Shown in pieces: positions 42,635 to 49,116 of a stretch of 64,000 nucleotides of DNA. The notes under the pieces were generated by a model. That model saw only the letters and a program-made list of their open reading frames with translations, made no database searches and was not told the DNA's origin. Origin of the DNA: Phascolarctobacterium sp. GTDB lineage: Bacteria; Bacillota; Negativicutes; Acidaminococcales; Acidaminococcaceae. Every line of letters begins with the position of its first letter. Position 1 is the stretch's first letter. The stretch lies in NCBI GenBank assembly GCA_017467905.1, contig JAFUKD010000024.1:25958-89957 (forward strand), written 5' to 3'. A program made the translations under genes and the position numbers.

Positions 42635-43819
42635 TTAAGCAATCTTAGTATTAAGAAGCTTTTCACGTTTAGTAGCGATTAGCTCAAGGTAATTTGCCTT
42701 CCAAGCATTAACATCGCGACCAAACGGTTTGCGTTCTACATATGCATTTGTAAAAACGTCCTTACTACCAAACAGAACAAAGGATATTGCTGTTGCCCAT
42801 TGCATGAAGTCAGTAAGCACACCTGCATATTCTACCTCTATGCTGTCTTTAATCGCCATCGCTTCGCTCAAAACAGTAAAGATCGCTTGCAGAATGTATG
42901 GGCGGTCTTCTTCAAATGAAGCAATCGCTTCAGCCAATTCTTCACGATTACTAAGTTCAACTTTCGGGCTAACTGTGAGCACCTTCGCTAACAAGTCAAT
43001 ATCGAAGTTCTTCATGGCTAAGTCAAAGGTAACCATAGCATTGCGCATATTACCCATGTCGCCACCATTCAGACCTTCATTTCCCAAGTTGTGCCAGAGT
43101 AACCAATTTAGGTCTTTAATATTGTAGCCAAAGTGCAAATAACGTTTCGCCAACACAGCATGGTCGCTTTCAGCGTTAAAGTACAGTTCTTCACCTTTTA
43201 CAGGATCAACTACGTATTCAAGTACGTATTTTGCCCAAGCAAGGGTATCTACGCTTTCACTATTGACGTAAAGCACCGGCTTAACGATATGGGGTACGAA
43301 TGCTGCAACCAACCAAGTGGACAAAAGCACTGTATCTTCAATGCTCAAGCCAAAAAGCTCACCAACTTTGTCAACAAGGTCGATTTGCTTTTCGCTTCTT
43401 GGTAAAACTTGATTGCCCATATGTTTTGATTTTACAAATGCAAAGCCTTCATCGAATAAGTCTTGCATGTCAATCACGCTGAGCTTATTAGGTTCAACAA
43501 CTGCTACGTTGGTATTATCCAAGTTGTAAAAGATTTTGCTGTCTTCATACATTCGGGATACAACGTATTTTGCATCGGCATTATCCATCCAGCCTTGAAT
43601 GAATGCTTCAACAACTTCGTCAGCCTCTTCGTCTTCGTAAAGAGAAGGATTGCTTCTTTTAATGGCATTAGCCAAATCAACCTCATCAATTGAGCCAACT
43701 TCGTAAATGCCGTCAGCATTAACGCAACTAGCATAATAAAATCCAGTATTGTAACCAGCGAATACATCGCAATAATCAGGAACGGTAATGGATTCGATTT
43801 TTTCGTTTAAATTAGTCAT
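42635..43819 (-). CDS. Paralogue of the P-loop protein with a degenerate Walker A (pseudo-NTPase), first gene of the array
   Basis: 394 aa. Shared blocks are SRMYEDSKIFYNL, QVLPRSEKQIDLVDKV, FVPHIVKPVLYV, VVDPVK and RPYILQAIFTVLSEAM. The Walker A position reads NSESVDTL. Confidence 0.55.
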   Translation of the reverse strand: MTNLNEKIESITVPDYCDVFAGYNTGFYYASCVNADGIYEVGSIDEVDLANAIKRSNPSLYEDEEADEVVEAFIQGWMDNADAKYVVSRMYEDSKIFYNLDNTNVAVVEPNKLSVIDMQDLFDEGFAFVKSKHMGNQVLPRSEKQIDLVDKVGELFGLSIEDTVLLSTWLVAAFVPHIVKPVLYVNSESVDTLAWAKYVLEYVVDPVKGEELYFNAESDHAVLAKRYLHFGYNIKDLNWLLWHNLGNEGLNGGDMGNMRNAMVTFDLAMKNFDIDLLAKVLTVSPKVELSNREELAEAIASFEEDRPYILQAIFTVLSEAMAIKDSIEVEYAGVLTDFMQWATAISFVLFGSKDVFTNAYVERKPFGRDVNAWKANYLELIATKREKLLNTKIA

Positions 43820-43859
43820 TTAAAATTCCTCCTACTATGTAATGTGTCTTGCAACACCT

Positions 43860-44265
43860 GACAATAAAAAGGAACCTTCACCTTTGCTCAAAAGCTATTG
43901 AAGATGGCATTACAGCCCACATAGCTTCCAAGCATCGGCTTGGTCTACTGTATTCCAATTGTCAAGGTTCAAGTGGTTTTTAACTGCTTCACAGGGATTA
44001 CCCTTGCGTTCTTAGGAGGCATTCCTCGCAGCCAACTCACAATTCGTGCTCGTTCACTTGAAGATTGCCACCCTCGAAGCGTGGGGTAAGGTTTTGCGGT
44101 ACGCACTTTAAGGCACAACTTTTTTCCCTGTGGGGTTCAACGTTGTGCCCTCCCCATTGGCGCTGCAGCCGCTACAAAAGGCTGCTCAACGAGGAGGTGT
44201 CTACCGCTGGCGCTAGCAAAGTAAGAAGCGGCTAGCGCCACATCTTTTGCAAGCTTAGGAACTTT
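43860..44265. ncRNA. Candidate large structured RNA or structured DNA site (class unknown)
   Basis: No ORF of 60 aa or more in any frame between 43820 and 44556. G+C is locally elevated: 36/60 counted in line 44161, against 23/60 in coding line 43741. Many perfect nested stems are present: GAACCTT/AAGGTTC, AGCTAT/ATAGCT, CCAAGC/GCTTGG, GGCACAAC/GTTGTGCC, GCAGCC/GGCTGC and GGCGCTAGC/GCTAGCGCC. Confidence 0.35.
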
Positions 44266-44270
44266 CGTTC

Positions 44271-44460
44271 ATTGTAACAAATTGTAAAACAAGTCCGCGG
44301 TACCTGTTCTTCAATCGTCTCTTGTATGATATCACCGTAACTGTATTGTGTCAATGGATTTTCGTCCACTATTAGAGTACAAGTTTTTGCAAAAAAAAGG
44401 GCTCTTTTTCTGTACCTTAATTTCGAGAATTGTGTAACATTTCTTCGAAAAATTGTAAAC
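44271..44460. repeat. Iteron-like ATTGTAA(A/C) repeats in the AT-rich segment next to the structured region
   Basis: ATTGTAACAA at 44271 and ATTGTAAAAC at 44281 are 10 bp apart. AATTGTGTAAC is at 44428 and AATTGTAAAC at 44451. Confidence 0.3.
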
Positions 44461-44556
44461 TACAGAAATTGAGCCTTGCTTAATCCCATATATTAAGTTT
44501 TCTTACCCTTCAAGCAACGATTATTGTTTACTTTCCTCGCTAGATGAAGTACTTTG

Positions 44557-45600
44557 TTAATCCTGTCCTGCCAGCTTTTTTAAAAGGTTTGCAACCCTAA
44601 CCATTCCCGACTTAATATCTTCAAAATCTTTCTGTTTTTGGTGTTCCAGTTCATCAAGTATATCATCAAGTGAATCCCCTACTTGAAAAGCTTCATCTGC
44701 TTCGATGATAGACTCTATCCTTTTAATGTAGAAATTGATAAGCCTTAAATTCTCCATTGACTTTCTATTATATCTTTTGCAAACCGGATCATTATCCGAA
44801 GCTAAAATAGAATGGTAAGTTATGTATGTGCTTAACCTATTTCCAATACCATTGTACCTTGCAACAATTTCCTCTTGTAAAGTTTTTACATCTATGGCAT
44901 TACCGACTATTTGGTCTAAATCCTCCTTCAAATTCTCCCTTGCAATTTGCTCAATAGCAGCCCTATTATTCACTATATAATTATGGCAACATTCAATACG
45001 CTTCCAATACGGCACTTCCTTATTACCAGCCAGAATCACTTCAGATTCTTCAGACAAATATATTAACACCTTTCTAAGAAACAAGGCATGGAGTTCTTGA
45101 TCCTCAGATAATACCTTCTTCTTATATTCTTTTATATTTTTACTTTTTCTTTCATCTGCTACCTGTGCATAATGCTTAAGATATTTATATTCCTCATCAT
45201 CACAAAAAACCTTGTCCAAAAGATATACAAAGCCTGGTAAAAACTTATTGGATATAGCCATTCTCATATTGTCGTCTAATTCAAGATTTTTAACAACATC
45301 CGCATATTCTTCAAATATCTGTTTAGCATCATCGCTTGAACAGAAGTCTTTTATAAGTTCCAAAGCTGTCATTGTTCTAGGACCAGACCAATATAGCATA
45401 TCTAAAACCCTAGCCAATCTTTCTTTTATAAACCGATAATTCGGATGCCACTCTAAATTACCATGAGCATTTACATATTTTTTAAAGTAAAAATAATAAA
45501 TATCTTTTATGGACATACCATCATGTTTACGCTTATCACTTAAATATTTTATTGCCTCTTCTATTTCATCAGGAGAAAACCAAATTCTAATATTTGACAT
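44557..45600 (-). CDS. Hypothetical all-helical protein, first gene inside the island next to rlmH
   Basis: 347-aa ORF, AT-rich, with no recognisable motif. Confidence 0.5.
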   Translation of the reverse strand: MSNIRIWFSPDEIEEAIKYLSDKRKHDGMSIKDIYYFYFKKYVNAHGNLEWHPNYRFIKERLARVLDMLYWSGPRTMTALELIKDFCSSDDAKQIFEEYADVVKNLELDDNMRMAISNKFLPGFVYLLDKVFCDDEEYKYLKHYAQVADERKSKNIKEYKKKVLSEDQELHALFLRKVLIYLSEESEVILAGNKEVPYWKRIECCHNYIVNNRAAIEQIARENLKEDLDQIVGNAIDVKTLQEEIVARYNGIGNRLSTYITYHSILASDNDPVCKRYNRKSMENLRLINFYIKRIESIIEADEAFQVGDSLDDILDELEHQKQKDFEDIKSGMVRVANLLKKLAGQD

Positions 45601-45800
45601 ATACCTGCTCCTTTCAGCTTCCCTTTAAATGTAGTAACTACTTACATAATACTCTCAATACACATACTATTCCTGCTATCAAATATATTAAATTTGTCTT
45701 ATCACTAATGCCTGCTAACCCAAAGCACTTCGCTCTTATACAACGCAGTATTAGCTCTCAGAGGACTTTATTTAAAACATGATTGCCCAAACCTTAACAA

Positions 45801-45841
45801 GAAAACTCCAACCCTCACAATCGAGAGTTGGAGTTTTTATT
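45801..45841 (-). terminator. Rho-independent terminator following rlmH, lying inside the island end
   Basis: Stem AACTCCAAC...GTTGGAGTT is followed by a T-run on the minus strand. Confidence 0.6.
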
Positions 45842-45853
45842 TTTACGCTATTT

Positions 45854-45880
45854 AACGCTCCGTTAGTTATGATACTTCTG
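45854..45880 (-). repeat. rlmH-proximal direct repeat (candidate attR)
   Basis: AACGCTCCGTTAGTTATGATACTT is identical to 10570-10593. It covers the rlmH stop codon (45863-45865) and its last four codons. Confidence 0.65.
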
Positions 45881-46342
45881 ACCGCTACTAATCTTAAATG
45901 CTCTGTAAATCTGCTCAATCAAAAGCAGTCTAATCATTTGATGAGTAAAGGTCATTTTAGAAAAGCTCAAGGCAAAATCTGCACGCTTGCGCAAAGCATC
46001 CGTATAACCAAAGGCACCGCCAATGACAAAAGTTATATGACTATGTCCGCTGAGAGCAAGATTATCAATCTTACTTGCCAGCTCCGGTGAAGATAACTGC
46101 TTGCCAATTACGTCCAGTAAAATCACATAGGAATTTTCCGGAATAATCGCTAGAAGCCTATTAGTTTCCTTCGCCAGTACTTGCTCCTTTTCTGCAGGCG
46201 CAGGGTTATCAGGCATTTTTTCTTCATTGATGGCTACGGTCTCCAATTTACAGAAAGGAGTAAGCCTTTTGGTAAATTCGTCAATACCAGCAGTCAGGTA
46301 TTTTTCTTTAATCTTTCCTACACACGCAATGGTTATCTTCAC
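45863..46342 (-). CDS. rlmH: 23S rRNA (pseudouridine1915-N3)-methyltransferase RlmH
   Basis: 159 aa, SPOUT family. Contains MKITIACVGKIKEKYL...LSSPELA...HITFVIGGAFG...LSFSKMTFTHQM.R..L.EQIYRAF. Confidence 0.9.
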   Translation of the reverse strand: MKITIACVGKIKEKYLTAGIDEFTKRLTPFCKLETVAINEEKMPDNPAPAEKEQVLAKETNRLLAIIPENSYVILLDVIGKQLSSPELASKIDNLALSGHSHITFVIGGAFGYTDALRKRADFALSFSKMTFTHQMIRLLLIEQIYRAFKISSGQKYHN

Positions 46343-46343
46343 A

Positions 46344-47441
46344 TCAATATCCTTTCGGTACTTCCTGCAAAGTTACAGTTTTGGTAACTTCACTGCCACT
46401 ACGCATAATTACTACTTTCACCTTATCACCTACTGCACATTTAGCAATAAGGTCACGCAAACCTTTGGTAGTAGTTACCTTTTCGCCATTAAACTCAAGA
46501 ATAACGTCACCGGCGCTGATACCTGCCTTAGCCGCAGGGCTGTCCTTAACAACCTTGGCAATAAATACACCGCCGTGTAAATCAATTTCGAAACCGAAGC
46601 GGTCAGCAACTTCTTTATCAATCAAAGAAGCACCCAAATAGGGTCTTGCCACACGCCCTTTATCAGCAAGCTGGTCTAAAATGGGTTTCGCAGTATTTAC
46701 CGGGATGGCAAAGCCAATACCTTCTACACCACTCACCGCAATCTTAGCACTGTTAATACCAATAACCTCGCCGTCCGCATTCACCAAGGCGCCACCACTG
46801 TTACCCGGGTTAATAGCTGCGTCCGTTTGGATAAGGTTAAACTTACGCTCACCCAGCTCAATGCTACGATTCAAAGCACTGATTACGCCAGCGGTCACGC
46901 TACCGCGGAACTCCAAGCCCAGGGGATTACCAATAGCAATGGCAGGCTCGCCCACTTGCAAAGTATCGCTGTCGCCAAAAGTAGCAACGGGCAAATCCTT
47001 CTCTTCAACCTTTACTACGGCAAGGTCAGTAGCAGCATCTTCGCCAAGCACTTTACCTTTCACAGTGCGTCCGTCAGTAAGGCTAACGATAATTTCAGAA
47101 GCACCCTCCACCACATGATGGTTTGTCGCAATCAAACCGTTCTTCGCATCATAAATAACACCGCTACCGGTGCCACGTTCTACAAATTTTACTCTATTGA
47201 AAAAGTCACGCACATAAGCCTTATTGGTAATGCCTACAACAGCAGGACCAACCTTCTTCGCAGCACTAACAATAGGAGTATTGCGAGCAGGACTAATCTG
47301 CTGCTCCACAACTACAGGCTTATCATTAACAGGTGCCGCAGTAGTTTTATTATCTCCGCAGCCAGCAGCAATCAAAATTGCTGCGCCCAGCAACCCACAT
47401 AAAAAGATATTTATGCTTTTTTTGAGAAAATCTTTCTTCAT
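46344..47441 (-). CDS. htrA: HtrA/DegP-family (S1C) serine protease with a PDZ domain
   Basis: TM or signal anchor, trypsin-like motifs (TNHHV, DLAVVKV, GNSGGALVN) and a C-terminal PDZ domain. Confidence 0.85.
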   Translation of the reverse strand: MKKDFLKKSINIFLCGLLGAAILIAAGCGDNKTTAAPVNDKPVVVEQQISPARNTPIVSAAKKVGPAVVGITNKAYVRDFFNRVKFVERGTGSGVIYDAKNGLIATNHHVVEGASEIIVSLTDGRTVKGKVLGEDAATDLAVVKVEEKDLPVATFGDSDTLQVGEPAIAIGNPLGLEFRGSVTAGVISALNRSIELGERKFNLIQTDAAINPGNSGGALVNADGEVIGINSAKIAVSGVEGIGFAIPVNTAKPILDQLADKGRVARPYLGASLIDKEVADRFGFEIDLHGGVFIAKVVKDSPAAKAGISAGDVILEFNGEKVTTTKGLRDLIAKCAVGDKVKVVIMRSGSEVTKTVTLQEVPKGY

Positions 47442-47453
47442 TTATTTCACTCC

Positions 47454-48236
47454 TTACTCTTCGTAATTCTTAACAATTCTATCCTGCGCCGCCACTACAA
47501 CACGAGTATCACTCAAAAGCTTTGCCCCATCCAAAATATTGCACACCGTATCAAATGCCAAACTAGGTAAATTATTTTCTTGACTCAAATGCGCTAAGAC
47601 AACGCTTTTAGGAACATGGGTCAAATTTGCCAATAACCAGCCTGCACTTTCGTTAGACAAGTGACCGCGAGTACTTAGGATGCGTTGCTTCAACACAGGA
47701 GGATAGCTGCCATTTTTGAGCATCTCCACATCATGATTAGCTTCCAAAACTAAAACATCCGCCTCTTCCGCAGCTTGCCTCACTGTTGGAGTAACAAATC
47801 CCGTATCTGTAATATAAGCACATTTACTGCCACTACATTTAAACACATAGCCATGGGGGTCCATAGCATCGTGAGGGATCTCAAAGCTATTGACTTCCAC
47901 CTCGCCACACTGCAGACATCCATTAATAATGCGGCAGTTGCTTCGTACAATATTGCCATCCTTATTCAAAATAGCGCGCCAAGTCCGCTCACTGCTGTAA
48001 ATTGGCACAGAATATTTTTTCGTAAAAGTAGCCAAACCCTTTACGTGGTCAGTATGCTCATGGGTAATAAAGATTCCGTCTAAATCTCCCACGCTCAAGC
48101 CAACTTCACCTAACCGAGCTGTAAGCATCTTACAGCTGATTCCCATATCCACCAAAAAATTTTGCTTACCTGTGCTGATAAGGGCACTATTCCCTTTACT
48201 GCCACTGGCGAGCATCACAACTTTAAAACAACTCAC
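47454..48236 (-). CDS. MBL-fold metallo-hydrolase (YycJ/WalJ-like)
   Basis: Contains the HEHTDH motif. 260 aa, in the conserved position upstream of htrA-rlmH. Confidence 0.8.
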   Translation of the reverse strand: MSCFKVVMLASGSKGNSALISTGKQNFLVDMGISCKMLTARLGEVGLSVGDLDGIFITHEHTDHVKGLATFTKKYSVPIYSSERTWRAILNKDGNIVRSNCRIINGCLQCGEVEVNSFEIPHDAMDPHGYVFKCSGSKCAYITDTGFVTPTVRQAAEEADVLVLEANHDVEMLKNGSYPPVLKQRILSTRGHLSNESAGWLLANLTHVPKSVVLAHLSQENNLPSLAFDTVCNILDGAKLLSDTRVVVAAQDRIVKNYEE

Positions 48237-48913
48237 CTGGGCAGACCTCCGCCCTCAATTTTTTCTTCATCCAAACAAATGGCAACGCCTGCGCTGGTAC
48301 CAATCCTATCTGCGCCAGCGCCAACCATAGCTTTAGCAGTTTCATAATTACGAATACCGCCAGCAGCCTTTACGCCAATACCAAGACGCTTCGCCTCGCG
48401 GGAAAGCAGCTGCACGTCAGCAAGAGTGGCACCACCCTTGTTAAAACCAGTGCTTGTTTTTATGAAAGCAGCGCCGCCCTTGGAAACCAAGCCACAAGCT
48501 ACAACCTTCTCATCTTCAGTCAACAGGCAGGTTTCAATAATAACCTTCACAGGATAGGGCTTAGCCGCTTCCACAACGGCAGCAATGTCTTCAACCACGC
48601 CGTCAAAATTGCCGCTCTTGAAGGCAGCTATGTTCATCACCATATCCACTTCATCAACTTGGTCTTCTTCCACCGCCAGCTTGGCAGCTAAAGCCTTAAC
48701 CTCAGTTCTATCAGCACCCAAGGGGAAGCCTACCACAGTTACAACCTTCACGTCAGTGCCACGCAAAAGGTGACGGGCCAAGCCTGCATAACATGGGTTA
48801 ACGCACACGCATCCCAAATTATACGCCTTTGCCTCTGCGCACAACTGCATAATGTCCGTAACCTTAGCCTCCGGCTTTAACAAAGTATGTTCTAAATATT
48901 TAGCAATACTCAT
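48233..48913 (-). CDS. deoC: Deoxyribose-phosphate aldolase
   Basis: 226 aa containing YLEHTLLKPEA, VCVNP, VVGFPLG, IKTSTGF and GIGVKAAGGIR. Confidence 0.85.
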   Translation of the reverse strand: MSIAKYLEHTLLKPEAKVTDIMQLCAEAKAYNLGCVCVNPCYAGLARHLLRGTDVKVVTVVGFPLGADRTEVKALAAKLAVEEDQVDEVDMVMNIAAFKSGNFDGVVEDIAAVVEAAKPYPVKVIIETCLLTEDEKVVACGLVSKGGAAFIKTSTGFNKGGATLADVQLLSREAKRLGIGVKAAGGIRNYETAKAMVGAGADRIGTSAGVAICLDEEKIEGGGLPR

Positions 48914-49029
48914 AAGAAAACCTCCAATCTATGTAAAAATATTCAATACTTACCCATTGTGTTTATTATAACAAATTTACTGCCAAGGAGTGTGGCAAAA
49001 TAGAAAAAACGGCAAAAGAAACAAGAAGA

Positions 49030-49082
49030 ACGAAGAAAATAAGAAATCCCGAAACCGGATCTTACTCCGGCTTCGGGATTAG
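49030..49082 (-). terminator. Rho-independent terminator after clpB
   Basis: ATCCCGAAGCCGGAG..CTCCGG..TTCGGGAT nested hairpin followed by a T-rich run on the minus strand. Confidence 0.6.
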
Positions 49083-49116
49083 TTTTTATTTTAGGGTTCT
49101 AATTTGCTACCAGTTT

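Larger units (their letters stand above)
10570..45880 (-). mobile_element. ~35-kb SCC-like genomic island integrated in the 3' end of rlmH
   Basis: Bounded by a 24-nt direct repeat whose right copy spans the rlmH stop codon. Contains two adjacent large serine recombinases, a resolvase, an excisionase-like HTH, Phd/Doc and recombination and replication-like genes. The 25-45.8 kb part is visibly more AT-rich than the flanks. Confidence 0.7.

Noticed and set aside
44132-44152. GGGGTTCAAC, reminiscent of a tRNA/tmRNA T-loop, inside the ORF-free structured region
   Set aside because: No complementary T-stem, acceptor stem or CCA context could be built on either strand. It instead sits in the loop of the GGCACAAC/GTTGTGCC hairpin.
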